A stretch of DNA of 64,000 nucleotides from an uncultured Gammaproteobacteria bacterium (GCA_964442455.1 CAYTZB010000001.1:85910-149909); one strand, 5' to 3'. Positions 15,381 to 25,541 are shown, counted from the first letter of the stretch. The notes: generated by a model from the letters alone, not told the origin. Numbers and translations are program-made.

Positions 15381-16313
15381 CGCATCACAGAAAACATTTT
15401 ATTCTCTTCCCTTACGACTCTCAGAATTGGTGGGCCCATAAAGTATTTTGCACCTGCAACTACAGAAGAGGAACTATTTCATTTAATTGAAATGGCAAAA
15501 GGGAAGAGCTTGCATTACTTGATTATAGGTGGCGGAAGTAATCTACTCGTATCAGGCGATGGATTTGATGGATTAGTTATTCAAAATCTTATTCAATCAA
15601 TTGAAAAGAAAGACGATGTTTTGGAGGTTGGTGCTGGTACAGATTTGCAAGCCCTTGTATGGTATGCAAATAAAAGTGGAATTTCTGGTTTTGAAAAACT
15701 GGCGGGTATTCCGGGAAGCGTGGGGGGGGCGGTGTATGGGAATGCAGGAGCATATGGACAGGCTATTTCTGACAATGTTTTGTGGATTGAAGTAGGAGAA
15801 CCAAAAGATGGAACAACGAAAAAACTAAAAAGTGAAGAATGTGGATTTGGTTATAGAAAGAGCAAGTTTAAAGAAACAAAAGATTTGATACTACGGATGG
15901 GATTTTCAATTACACCTGGTGACAGTAAGGAGCTTCTCAAAACTTCTCAAGAAATTGTGAAGATGCGAATGCAAAAATATCCTCCGGGTATTGCCTGTCC
16001 GGGAAGCTTTTTTAAGAATGTAGAAGTAGATAAACTTGATAAAGGCATTCTTTCCCGCATTCCAAAAGATAAAATTATGTTTGGGAAAATTCCCGCAGGT
16101 TGGTTGCTTGAAGAAGTTGGGGCAAAGGGAGCAAGAAAAAATGGTGTAGAGATTGCACCGTGGCATGGAAATTTATTTGTGAACCAAGGTGGGGGAAGAG
16201 CAGAAGACTTTTTATATTTAGCAAAAGAATATAGGCAAAAGGTTAAAGAACGGTTTGGTATCGAACTTGAGCCAGAAGTACAGTTGGTTGGATTTAAAGA
16301 GAATATGTTTTAA
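15372..16313 (+). CDS. murB: UDP-N-acetylenolpyruvoylglucosamine reductase MurB
   Basis: FAD-binding PCMH domain (TLRIGGPIKYF, LIIGGGSNLLV) and the MurB C-terminal domain. Confidence 0.9.
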   Translation: MNIRITENILFSSLTTLRIGGPIKYFAPATTEEELFHLIEMAKGKSLHYLIIGGGSNLLVSGDGFDGLVIQNLIQSIEKKDDVLEVGAGTDLQALVWYANKSGISGFEKLAGIPGSVGGAVYGNAGAYGQAISDNVLWIEVGEPKDGTTKKLKSEECGFGYRKSKFKETKDLILRMGFSITPGDSKELLKTSQEIVKMRMQKYPPGIACPGSFFKNVEVDKLDKGILSRIPKDKIMFGKIPAGWLLEEVGAKGARKNGVEIAPWHGNLFVNQGGGRAEDFLYLAKEYRQKVKERFGIELEPEVQLVGFKENMF

Positions 16314-16340
16314 TTCGCTTCATGCTACAATTAACACATC

Positions 16341-16991
16341 GTGGAGGCGGCGTATTTTGAACTTAACCCAAAAGGAAGAAATAAGAACGAACTCAAACAC
16401 ATGCTACTTCTTCACGGATGGGGTGTAACGAAGGAAATGTTGCGGCCCTTAGGAAAGCGGTTAGCGCGGTCAGGATGGCATGTGGTGGGGCTTGATTTGC
16501 CTGGATTTGGGAAGACCCCTACCCTAACCTCTGTATGGAATCCTTCTGATTATGTAAAATTTGTGCGAGTATTTGCAAAAAGAGTGTTTGATACTGCTCC
16601 CTTTATTGTGTTTGGTCATTCTTTCGGAGGTAGAATTGCCATACAGTTGGCTGCTACTCGCCGAAAAGATATTCTAGGAGTGGTTTTGTGCGCTCCTGCC
16701 GGCATTTACCGACCTATGGATGTACGACATCTTATTCGCAGGGTAATGCGCCGCACCCGCTGGGAAGATATGAAGCCGCTTTTACCAAAAATTACCGTCC
16801 CCTCTCTTATTCTGTGGGGTAAACAGGACAAGATAACCCCGGTCAGAGGGGCGTATAGTGCGAAAAACTTATTACCCCGCGCACTTCTTAAAATTTTCCC
16901 TTCTATTGGTCATTCACTTCCGTATCGGCGGCCTGCGGCAATCGCGCGCGAAATCACTTTGTGGAGTAAAACGTTCCATGACCACACATAA
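16341..16991 (+). CDS. alpha/beta-fold hydrolase
   Basis: HGWG oxyanion motif and a GHSFGG nucleophile elbow, with downstream Asp/His. Confidence 0.7.
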   Translation: MEAAYFELNPKGRNKNELKHMLLLHGWGVTKEMLRPLGKRLARSGWHVVGLDLPGFGKTPTLTSVWNPSDYVKFVRVFAKRVFDTAPFIVFGHSFGGRIAIQLAATRRKDILGVVLCAPAGIYRPMDVRHLIRRVMRRTRWEDMKPLLPKITVPSLILWGKQDKITPVRGAYSAKNLLPRALLKIFPSIGHSLPYRRPAAIAREITLWSKTFHDHT

Positions 16992-18246
16992 CCAACCTCT
17001 TCCAAGACTGTTACAGTGGTGGGTTACGCCACAGTTACCCTCCCACTACTTTTTTTCGCTTCCTCGCCCTAAGACTGTTGTGAGTATTGCCCGCCATTAT
17101 TTAGTACAACTCCTCGTTCATCCCATTAAAAGAAGGATTGCGAAATATCATGTGAAGTTTTTGCAAACGGTAGGGAGAACACAAGTCATAGGGATTACGG
17201 GAAGCGTGGGTAAAACAACCACAAAAGAGATGATTGCTTCGGTTCTTTCTCAAAAATACAGAACTGTCTCATCTTTGGGAAACATTGATCCGGTGTATAA
17301 CATTCCTACTACAATTCTTACCGCGACGCTACGTACTCAAATGCTTGTCCTTGAAATGGGTGTTGAGTATCCGGGAGATTTAGATTTCTACCTTTGGATA
17401 GTCCAACCTTCGGTTGGAGTGCTCACTAACATTTATTGGACGCATACAGAGTTTTTAGGAGGGATTGAAGGTGTAGCAGCAGAAAAGAGCAAACTCATTC
17501 TCTCTTTGCCAAAAAACGGGTGGGCGGTACTCTGTGGTGATGATAGAAGGGTCGCTGTGTTAAAAAGCGAAACCCGCGCGCGAGTCATAATGATGTATGG
17601 CCGGGGAGCCAAAGAAGAGATACGTGCGGAAGACGTGCGGATTACTAAAGAGCTGCACACAGAGTTTACATTGCATATAGGGGATGATTCAGAGAAAGTT
17701 CAGATGCCCGTCCTCGGCGAGCATTTTGTCTATAGTGCACTTGCTGCAGCCGCAGTAGGGCATACCCAACAGGTACCCATTACCGCTATTAAGCGGGGGC
17801 TTGAAACGTTTACACCACAACCACATCGCATGGTGCCAGTAAAAACTAAAAGCGGTGCACTTCTTTTGGACGATACCTATAACAGCAATCCGCTGGGGGC
17901 AAAGGCAGCGCTTGAAACACTGGTGCAAGTAGGAAAAGATAAAAAGAAAATTGCAGTTTTGGGGGATATGTTGGAGTTAGGCGCCTACACAGAAAAAGGA
18001 CATAAAGAGGTAGGAAGGTGGGCAGCACAAAAGGGCGTCGATATGCTCTTCTGCGTGGGAGAATATGCAAATTTTTTGGCCGAGGGTGCGCTGGAAGGAG
18101 GGATAAAAAAAGAAAATATTGTGTTGTTTTCCAATGGTCGTAGTGTGCTCAAAACACTCAAATCTCTTTTGTCAAAAAACAGCGTAGTGCTGCTTAAAGC
18201 TTCCCGGAAACTCGGCTTTGAACACCTGGTCGAAATCCTCCTTTAA
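16978..18246 (+). CDS. murF: UDP-N-acetylmuramoyl-tripeptide--D-alanyl-D-alanine ligase MurF
   Basis: P-loop IGITGSVGKTTTKEM, DDTYNSNP and a C-terminal Mur ligase domain. Start ATG 16978 overlaps the hydrolase by 14 nt. The longer caller ORF from 16858 is an upstream extension. Confidence 0.85.
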   Translation: MTTHNQPLPRLLQWWVTPQLPSHYFFSLPRPKTVVSIARHYLVQLLVHPIKRRIAKYHVKFLQTVGRTQVIGITGSVGKTTTKEMIASVLSQKYRTVSSLGNIDPVYNIPTTILTATLRTQMLVLEMGVEYPGDLDFYLWIVQPSVGVLTNIYWTHTEFLGGIEGVAAEKSKLILSLPKNGWAVLCGDDRRVAVLKSETRARVIMMYGRGAKEEIRAEDVRITKELHTEFTLHIGDDSEKVQMPVLGEHFVYSALAAAAVGHTQQVPITAIKRGLETFTPQPHRMVPVKTKSGALLLDDTYNSNPLGAKAALETLVQVGKDKKKIAVLGDMLELGAYTEKGHKEVGRWAAQKGVDMLFCVGEYANFLAEGALEGGIKKENIVLFSNGRSVLKTLKSLLSKNSVVLLKASRKLGFEHLVEILL

Positions 18247-18251
18247 TAGTG

Positions 18252-18260
18252 TGGTATAAT
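18252..18260 (+). promoter_or_regulatory. extended -10 promoter TGgTATAAT upstream of a small ORF (leaderless configuration)
   Basis: TGTGGTATAAT lies 6 nt before ATG 18267. Confidence 0.35.
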
Positions 18261-18266
18261 ACCATA

Positions 18267-18455
18267 ATGGCTCTTGCAATGGACAAAGTTTCAATAAATG
18301 AGCTAATTGCTTTATTCACCCAAAAAGGCGGTCGCATCCATAAGTATTATCTTCAAAACCCACAAAAAAGCAGGCAAACCCTGGTTCATTTAAACGGGTG
18401 GTTTAGTGGACACAATATCCGCGAAGCAATTTTAAGAGCCCTCGCAGGTCAGTAA
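18267..18455 (+). CDS. small hypothetical protein (62 aa)
   Basis: ORF directly downstream of a perfect extended -10. No homology recognised. Confidence 0.3.
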   Translation: MALAMDKVSINELIALFTQKGGRIHKYYLQNPQKSRQTLVHLNGWFSGHNIREAILRALAGQ

Positions 18456-18534
18456 AAAAAGTTTCCAATTTTTGCTTCTTGGTAGGCATTTCGTGTACAA
18501 TAAAAATGTACACTTGTAGTGAGCGTGTCGAACT

Positions 18535-19791
18535 ATGGCTCAGCTGAGAATTACCGGTGGAAAACCCCTCAAAGGGAAAATTCAGGTTGCAGGAAACAAG
18601 AATTCAGTCTTGCCTCTTATGGCTGCCTCTTTGGTTGTTAACGGGCCGGTTACCTTAACCAATGTTCCTCATCTTAGAGATGTTGTGTTGATGGCAGAAA
18701 TAATCAAGGGTTTGGGTGGGGAAGTGAGAGGGGTTGGAACAAGTAAACTTGTGATTGATCCAGCTGGTCTTTCTTCCTGGGAGCCTAACCCAGAACTTGT
18801 ATGTAAATTTAGAGGGTCAGTGCTCCTTATTGCGCCACTCCTTGCTCGCTTTGGAAAAGTGCGTATTGCTACTCCTGGTGGCGATTCAATTGGTGAACGG
18901 CTTCTTGATACTCATTTTGAATTACTCTCTGCATTTGGTGTATCAGTGAAAGAGATAAACGGAAACTATGATTTGAAAGGCAGGGCCAAACAGGCGTCGC
19001 TTTTTTTGGATGAAGCCTCCGTTACCACAACGGAATTGGGGCTTATGATTGCAGCGACATTGCCTGGTAAAACGGTTATAGAGGATGCAGCTGCTGAGCC
19101 CCACGTTCAAGATTTAGCTTTATTTCTCACAAAAGCTGGTGCGACAATTGCCGGTAGCGGGACAAACACGCTTAGTATTCAAGGAAAGAAAAATCTTTCA
19201 AGTGTCACTCACCGTGTGCGTGATGATCACATTGAGGCAGGCACATTTGCAATTGCGACAGCAATTACTGGCGGACACGTGCAGATTGTTGGAGCACACG
19301 AGGAGGATCTTAAAATGACACTTGCTTACCTTTCCCATATGGGGGTGGAGTGGAAAATTAAGGATAACTCGCTTGAAATACTTCCCAGTGAACTTGTTGC
19401 AACTCGCAAAACGTTTCAAACCCGCCCATGGCCTGGTTTTCCTACAGATTTAATGAGCCATTTTATAGTATTAGCAACACAAACAAAAGGAACAGTTCTG
19501 TGCCATGATTGGATGTTTGAATGGCGTATATTTTTCGTTGATCATTTAATTAGGATGGGAGCAAATATTACTATTGCCGATCCCCACAGAATAATTGTGA
19601 CCGGTCCGACCAAACTTCACGCAGAAGTGATTCCTACCACTGACATTAGGGCTGGGGCAGCTCTGGTTTTAGCGGCGCTGGCGGCACGTGGCGAATCAAC
19701 GATTGAACATGCGGAGATTATCGAGCGGGGATATGAGGATTTGGATGGAAGGTTGGCAAAACTAGGAGCGGAAATTAAAAAAGTAGAATAG
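18535..19791 (+). CDS. murA: UDP-N-acetylglucosamine 1-carboxyvinyltransferase MurA (Asp at the fosfomycin-target Cys position)
   Basis: MAQLRITGGKPLKGKIQVAGNKNSVLPLMAASL and LLARFGKVRIATPGGDSIG. The canonical PGGC(115) reads PGGD here. Confidence 0.95.
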   Translation: MAQLRITGGKPLKGKIQVAGNKNSVLPLMAASLVVNGPVTLTNVPHLRDVVLMAEIIKGLGGEVRGVGTSKLVIDPAGLSSWEPNPELVCKFRGSVLLIAPLLARFGKVRIATPGGDSIGERLLDTHFELLSAFGVSVKEINGNYDLKGRAKQASLFLDEASVTTTELGLMIAATLPGKTVIEDAAAEPHVQDLALFLTKAGATIAGSGTNTLSIQGKKNLSSVTHRVRDDHIEAGTFAIATAITGGHVQIVGAHEEDLKMTLAYLSHMGVEWKIKDNSLEILPSELVATRKTFQTRPWPGFPTDLMSHFIVLATQTKGTVLCHDWMFEWRIFFVDHLIRMGANITIADPHRIIVTGPTKLHAEVIPTTDIRAGAALVLAALAARGESTIEHAEIIERGYEDLDGRLAKLGAEIKKVE

Positions 19792-19859
19792 CTAAATGGC
19801 TGGATGGTCAAATGGTTAACAATTAGCCATGTAACCATTTTAACCATTAAATTTTTTTT

Positions 19860-20900
19860 ATGGCTTTATCTCTAGGACTACTTATTTTTTCATTCATTAT
19901 CACCGGGATTCTAATTATCCCGTTTATTAATCTCCTTTATCGGTTGAAATTTACCCGCAAAGTTGAGGCACCGAAAGGAAAAAAGAAAGTCTCCCTTTTC
20001 GACGTGATGCATGATTGGAAGGCGGGAACACCGGTTGGAGGAGGAATTCTCATTATTGGAGTCGTGTCTCTCCTTTTTCTTTTTATTTTTCCTTTCGTTG
20101 TCTACTTTGGCCTTCGGGTAAACAGCGCGTATCCCTTGCCAGACGAATTGCGTATTATTTTTCTCACCTTTGTTGCGTTTGGGATGCTGGGATTTTATGA
20201 TGATTTGATTAAGTTTTTCGGCAAACCAAAAGCAGGGCAACTGGGGCATATTTTTGGTCTTCCCCGACGATGGAAATTTTTTCTTCAATGGATTATCGCC
20301 CTCACTATTGGATTTTTACTCTGGGGTCGGTTGGGGATTGATATCGTATATATCCCCATCGTTGATTTTGTGATACATCTTTCGTGGTGGTATGTTGTAT
20401 TTGCAGCGTTCATAGTTGTGGCATTTACCAACGCGGTGAATATCACAGATGGGTTAGATGGTTTGGTGGGTGGACTTCTTGTTATATGCCTTTTTGCATT
20501 TTGGATTATTGCCTCATCAGTGATTGACACTCCGCTTTCAGTATTTATTCCTCTTTGGATTGGTGCACTTTTTGCGTTTTTGTATTTTAATGTCTGGCCC
20601 GCACGTATTTGGATGGGAGATGCGGGAGCGCTTGCATTTGGTGCAACGCTTGCGGTAATTGGACTTTTAACCGGAAAGATTTTTACACTTCTTGTTATTG
20701 GGGCGATATTTGTGGCTGAAGTTGTCTCAAGTTCGATACAGATTTTTGGATGGAAGGTGTTCAAACGTCCTATTTTTCGAATTGCACCCTTTCATTTATT
20801 ACTCCAGTCAATCGGGTGGGAAGAGCCGAAAATTGTGATGCGGGCGTGGCTTGCTGGAGCAATGCTTGCAATATTTGGATTATGGTTGGCGTTTATATGA
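19860..20900 (+). CDS. mraY: phospho-N-acetylmuramoyl-pentapeptide transferase MraY
   Basis: 10 TM helices. Motifs NAVNITDGLDGL and WMGDAGALAFG. Confidence 0.95.
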   Translation: MALSLGLLIFSFIITGILIIPFINLLYRLKFTRKVEAPKGKKKVSLFDVMHDWKAGTPVGGGILIIGVVSLLFLFIFPFVVYFGLRVNSAYPLPDELRIIFLTFVAFGMLGFYDDLIKFFGKPKAGQLGHIFGLPRRWKFFLQWIIALTIGFLLWGRLGIDIVYIPIVDFVIHLSWWYVVFAAFIVVAFTNAVNITDGLDGLVGGLLVICLFAFWIIASSVIDTPLSVFIPLWIGALFAFLYFNVWPARIWMGDAGALAFGATLAVIGLLTGKIFTLLVIGAIFVAEVVSSSIQIFGWKVFKRPIFRIAPFHLLLQSIGWEEPKIVMRAWLAGAMLAIFGLWLAFI

Positions 20901-21087
20901 TTAATTGGGAAGCTTCGGCAACACTTTTTTCGAAACCGCTCGGCGTACGTGTGGGTGGAATAGTTCGTATGCTCCGAGCGCCTCGCTTGGATCCGCTCAA
21001 GACACCGTACTTACAAGAAAGTGATTGCCTTCTTCATCTGTCTTTCGCTCTACATTTCTCAAAAAGGTTGCCTTCGCTTTCTTAAAC

Positions 21088-22455
21088 ATGGATTTTTCAA
21101 ACAAAAATGTCGCCATCATTGGGGCAGGTTTAGAGGGTAAAGATGTCCTGCGATTTTTGAGTAAGAAGGGCGCAAAAATTACGGTTTTTGATCAAAAAGA
21201 AAAAGAAGAACTGGACTTATCTGACGTAGAAAAAATTCCCGCTCAATTTATAACCGGCCCTGGCTATCTTGATAGAGGACTACGCAACTTCGACTATATT
21301 GTTCGTTCTCCAGGAGTAAGACCTGATTTACCCCAAATAGTAGATGCGGAAAAGGGTGGTACAGAAATAACAAGCGCCATCAACATATTCTTTTCTTTTA
21401 GTCCTGCTTCTGCTATTGGTGTGACCGGAACAAAAGGAAAGGGGACAACGGCAACGCTCGTGGCAAAGTGTCTAGAATCAAACCTGCCTGCGCAGACAGG
21501 TGGCAAGACCGTGTACTTGGCTGGTAATATTGGAACTCCTTATCTTGAACTTTTAGAAAAATTAAAATCTAGCGATACTGTTGTTCTTGAACTTTCTTCT
21601 TTTCAACTCCTCGATATTAAAAAATCTCCTCATATTGCAGTGGTATTAAACATTACGACCGATCACCTTGATTGGCACAAAGACAGAGAGGAGTACGTCC
21701 GAGCAAAAGAGAATATTGTGAGGTTTCAAACGCAAAAAGATTACGCGGTGTTAATCAAAGATTACGAAACGCCTGCCAGTTTTGCTCAAAAAACAAAAGC
21801 TCAAGTTTGCTGGGCGAGTGCAAAAGAGCAGGTGAGGGGAGTGTATGTATTGCATGGAAAAATTGTCGTGAATATTGATAAGAAAGAAGAGGTAGGTTCT
21901 GTAGATAAACTGTTGCTTCGGGGGCGACATAATTGGGAAAATGTGACAGCGGCTGCATGTGCTTCGTACTTGGCTGGGGCAACAGTGGAAGGGATAAGAA
22001 AAGGAGTCTTTTCATTTAAAGGACTCCCCCATCGTCTGGAGTTGGTTGGAACCTATAATGGAATTACTTTCTATAACGACTCGTTTGCTACAAGTCCTGC
22101 TCCAGTTTTAGCAGCTGTTGCCAGCTTTACCGAGCCGGTAATTTTAATTTTGGGTGGCTCAAGTAAAGGGCTCTCATACGACGAATTTGGGAAAGAATTG
22201 GCGAATAAAAAACAAGTAAAAGCGGTTCTTATTATTGGAGAAGTAGGCCCAGAAATACAAAAAGCGCTGGAGGTTGGTGGATTTACTGGAAAAATAGTGG
22301 TCGGTGGAAAGAATATGGTTGAGATTGTACAGAATGCGATTACCCTTGCCCAGACTGGTGACGTGGTACTCCTCTCCCCAGCTGCTGCGTCGTTTGATAT
22401 GTTCCGAGATTACAAAGACAGAGGGGAACAGTTTAAGGAAGTCGTAACCCAATAA
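21088..22455 (+). CDS. murD: UDP-N-acetylmuramoylalanine--D-glutamate ligase MurD
   Basis: N-terminal Rossmann fold (VAIIGAGLEGKDV), P-loop GVTGTKGKGTT and a C-terminal Mur ligase domain. Start ATG 21088. Confidence 0.9.
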   Translation: MDFSNKNVAIIGAGLEGKDVLRFLSKKGAKITVFDQKEKEELDLSDVEKIPAQFITGPGYLDRGLRNFDYIVRSPGVRPDLPQIVDAEKGGTEITSAINIFFSFSPASAIGVTGTKGKGTTATLVAKCLESNLPAQTGGKTVYLAGNIGTPYLELLEKLKSSDTVVLELSSFQLLDIKKSPHIAVVLNITTDHLDWHKDREEYVRAKENIVRFQTQKDYAVLIKDYETPASFAQKTKAQVCWASAKEQVRGVYVLHGKIVVNIDKKEEVGSVDKLLLRGRHNWENVTAAACASYLAGATVEGIRKGVFSFKGLPHRLELVGTYNGITFYNDSFATSPAPVLAAVASFTEPVILILGGSSKGLSYDEFGKELANKKQVKAVLIIGEVGPEIQKALEVGGFTGKIVVGGKNMVEIVQNAITLAQTGDVVLLSPAAASFDMFRDYKDRGEQFKEVVTQ

Positions 22456-22469
22456 CTTAAAGCAGATCA

Positions 22470-23585
22470 ATGAAAAAAAATATTGTTTTGAAAACACAGC
22501 AGAGTAAAGTAGATAAAGTACTTTTAATTTTACCTATAGTCTTGACAATAGTTGGTCTTGTCATGATGACCAACGCGTCAGTTGCCCAAGCGCAAAATTT
22601 ATTCGGTGATAAGTTTTTTTTCGCAAAGCAACAGCTTATGTGGGCGGCCCTTGGCCTCGTAGGTTTTTTTATTGCCGCACGAATTCCCTTTTCTCTCTGG
22701 GAAAAAATTGCAACCCCTCTTTTCTGGCTTACTGTTGTTGCGCTAGCGCTCGTTCTTGTGCCAGCAGTTGGTACCATGGCGCTTGGTGCACGACGCTGGA
22801 TAACACTTGGACAGTTTAGCCTCCAGCCGGCAGAGATTGCAAAACTTACCTCTATTCTTTACTTTTCTCGCTTATTCACGAAACAGCAGGTTTTAGGTTG
22901 GACTCATGTGTTTACTTTTCTTTTCGCAGTAACCCTCGCTGGTGGTCTGATAGTTGTAGAACCTGATTTGGGTACCAGTGTTGTCATTGGTGTGACTTCG
23001 TTTGTACTGTTCTTTGTAAGTGGAGTACCGCTAACCCTTTTTATTGCACTTATCCCTCTCCTTGTGGGAGTTACGTTGCTGCTCTCCCTTTCTTCTTCTT
23101 ATCGAAAACAGCGTCTCCTTTCTTTTCTTTCCGGTGTGTTTGATCCGTTCCAGGCTTCCTATCATGTAAAGCAGGTCCTGCTTGCTGTTGCGTCTGGGGG
23201 CTTATTTGGAGTAGGATTAGGGGAGAGCAGACAAAAGTTTCTCTTCTTGCCAGAGGCAGCAACTGATTCAATTTTTGCAGTTATTGCTGAAGAAACAGGG
23301 TTTGTTGGATCGCTCTTTGTTATCTTCCTGTTCGTTGTTCTTGTCGCACGTATATTTGTTGTTGCACAGGGAGTGGGGGTTGACTTTGCGAAGTTGGTAG
23401 CGGTAGGCATTGGGACATGGATTGGAGTGCAGGCACTGGTTAATATTGCGGCAATGACTGCCACCCTTCCCTTAACCGGTATTCCACTCCCCTTTTTCTC
23501 GTATGGTGGGTCGTCTCTTTTTGTAACCCTTTTCGCACTGGGGATTGTGGTAAATATTTCAAAAATGAGGATGCTCAAGCGATGA
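22470..23585 (+). CDS. ftsW: SEDS-family peptidoglycan glycosyltransferase FtsW
   Basis: Polytopic FtsW/RodA/SpoVE family. Lies between murD and murG. Confidence 0.9.
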   Translation: MKKNIVLKTQQSKVDKVLLILPIVLTIVGLVMMTNASVAQAQNLFGDKFFFAKQQLMWAALGLVGFFIAARIPFSLWEKIATPLFWLTVVALALVLVPAVGTMALGARRWITLGQFSLQPAEIAKLTSILYFSRLFTKQQVLGWTHVFTFLFAVTLAGGLIVVEPDLGTSVVIGVTSFVLFFVSGVPLTLFIALIPLLVGVTLLLSLSSSYRKQRLLSFLSGVFDPFQASYHVKQVLLAVASGGLFGVGLGESRQKFLFLPEAATDSIFAVIAEETGFVGSLFVIFLFVVLVARIFVVAQGVGVDFAKLVAVGIGTWIGVQALVNIAAMTATLPLTGIPLPFFSYGGSSLFVTLFALGIVVNISKMRMLKR

Positions 23586-24661
23586 GAAAGAAAACGTTAC
23601 TCGTTGTCGGAGGACATCTTACACCCGCACTGGCAGTTATTGAGCAAATACGTCGTACCACAGACTGGAATATTTCGTGGGTTGGCCGGAAATTTGCAAT
23701 GGAGGGAATGGAAGTTCATTCTTTGGAATATGAAATCATACCAAAGCTTGGTATTCCCTTTTACACGCTTCACACCGGGCGCCTCCAGAGAAGATGGACC
23801 CGTTGGACTGTCCCCTCATTCGCCCGCATTCCTCTTGGATTTCTTCAAGCTTTCTTTCTTCTTATTAAAGTCAAACCTCGTGTTATCCTTTCATTTGGTG
23901 GATACCTTTCTCCCCCTGTGGTAATTGCGGGATGGGTACTCTCTATTCCTTCGGTGGTGCATGAACAGACGGCAGCTTCAGGTTTAAGTAATCGAATTGT
24001 ATCCCCTTTTGCCCGTGTGATTGCACTCTCCTACCATACTAGTGCTCCCGAGTTTCCCCATGAGAAAACAGTATTGACAGGCAATCCGGTAAGGCGCGAA
24101 ATTCTTGAGATAAAAAGAAGGCGTACCCGCCCCCAGCTTATTTTTATTACCGGAGGAAATCAGGGTTCGCAAACGATTAATCGAGCAGTTGAGCGAATAC
24201 TCCCTAAGCTTGCTGCTCGCTACCGTGTCATTCATCAAACAGGGACACTTGATTACAAAAAATTTGTAACCAAACAGCGGCGCTACTCATCTCGCTACCG
24301 AGTTTATGCAAATTTGGCACCTTCTGAGATTCCTAACATATTGGCTCGTGCATCGCTTGTTGTGGGTAGAGCGGGAGCAAATACGGTCGCTGAGGTTGCA
24401 GCGGTTGGGGTGCCCACAATTTTTATTCCTATTCCGTGGAGTGAGCGAGGGGAACAGGTGAAAAACGCGCAGCTTCTCTCCTCAGCAGGTCTTGCACGCG
24501 TAATTCTTCAAGAACAACTAACACCCGAGCTTTTACTTTCGACCATTGAGGAGATTTTGCACGCTCCTGTCTCACGGAGCGCTGTGCGTGCTGCAAAAAA
24601 ACTGGTCCAAAAAGATGCAGCCGAAAAGCTAGTGGATCTGGTCAAGAAATATATGGAATGA
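23582..24661 (+). CDS. murG: undecaprenyldiphospho-muramoylpentapeptide beta-N-acetylglucosaminyltransferase MurG
   Basis: N-terminus LLVVGGHLTPALAV. GT28 C-terminal domain FITGGNQGSQTIN. Confidence 0.9.
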   Translation: MRKKTLLVVGGHLTPALAVIEQIRRTTDWNISWVGRKFAMEGMEVHSLEYEIIPKLGIPFYTLHTGRLQRRWTRWTVPSFARIPLGFLQAFFLLIKVKPRVILSFGGYLSPPVVIAGWVLSIPSVVHEQTAASGLSNRIVSPFARVIALSYHTSAPEFPHEKTVLTGNPVRREILEIKRRRTRPQLIFITGGNQGSQTINRAVERILPKLAARYRVIHQTGTLDYKKFVTKQRRYSSRYRVYANLAPSEIPNILARASLVVGRAGANTVAEVAAVGVPTIFIPIPWSERGEQVKNAQLLSSAGLARVILQEQLTPELLLSTIEEILHAPVSRSAVRAAKKLVQKDAAEKLVDLVKKYME

Positions 24662-24662
24662 G

Positions 24663-25346
24663 ATGACAAATTTCAAATTCCCCTTAATACTTTTGATGCT
24701 TTTGGTACTTTTGGTACCCTTTTCAGGTTCTATCAAAGTAAAAAAAATTACCTGTAAAACTCAATATGGTCCGTGTACAGCAAGCCTTGAGGAGCAGTTA
24801 TCGCGGCTCATGGGAGCACGTCTTTTGACAGTCTCAACGCACGCGATAGAGGATATTGCATTATCATTACCCTCAGTGCGTGAAGTCCATGTTTATAAGT
24901 ACTTTTACGGGAAATTAGAGGTTGTGCTTAACATCACCAAACCTTATGGTGCCATTCAACTTCGTCTTCCGAATGGCGAACTCTCTCAACAATTATTTCT
25001 TGTTGACCAGGGGGGGCGCAGAGTGGGGACAACAGATGTCACTTCTTTACCAACTCTCGTTATTCCTTCTTCCCTTATGAGTATTTCCGACTACAATCCT
25101 AATTTATCACCTTACCTTGGGGTTGCCGACCTTATGAACAGGGCTCGAGGTATAAAAACAGTTGAGTTGACGGCTGACGCACTCATTTTTCGAGTTGAGA
25201 ACGTCGTCGTGTGGTTCCCGCAAGAAACTATAGACCCTCGTCTTTTAGTCGGCTCTTTACAATTTATCCTTGCCCGTTCTACAATTGAGGGCAAACAACC
25301 TGTGAAAATAGATATGAGATTTAAAAATCCAGTTGTTGTATTTTAA
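24663..25346 (+). CDS. ftsQ: cell division protein FtsQ/DivIB-like (POTRA)
   Basis: Sits between murG and ftsA. Single N-terminal TM followed by a periplasmic domain. Confidence 0.55.
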   Translation: MTNFKFPLILLMLLVLLVPFSGSIKVKKITCKTQYGPCTASLEEQLSRLMGARLLTVSTHAIEDIALSLPSVREVHVYKYFYGKLEVVLNITKPYGAIQLRLPNGELSQQLFLVDQGGRRVGTTDVTSLPTLVIPSSLMSISDYNPNLSPYLGVADLMNRARGIKTVELTADALIFRVENVVVWFPQETIDPRLLVGSLQFILARSTIEGKQPVKIDMRFKNPVVVF

Positions 25347-25470
25347 ATTCGAAGCACGAAGCTCGAAACAATATCTAAATTCAAATACCCAATGTTCAAA
25401 AAGGTTTAGAATTTTGAATTTTACTTATTTGAAATTTGTTTAGGATTTCGAATTTAGAATTTCGGATTTA

Positions 25471-25537
25471 TTATAACAGCATTCAAGAAAACTCCCGACT
25501 TTTAGTCGGGTGATGAATTGAACGCTGATATGTCATA
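25471..25537. mobile_element. element A, copy 2 (truncated: 5' arm and hairpin 1 only), ending 4 nt before the ftsA start
   Basis: Matches copies 1 and 3 up to GATATGTCAT. The internal module between the two ATGTCAT direct repeats is missing. Confidence 0.6.
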
Positions 25538-25541
25538 AGTT

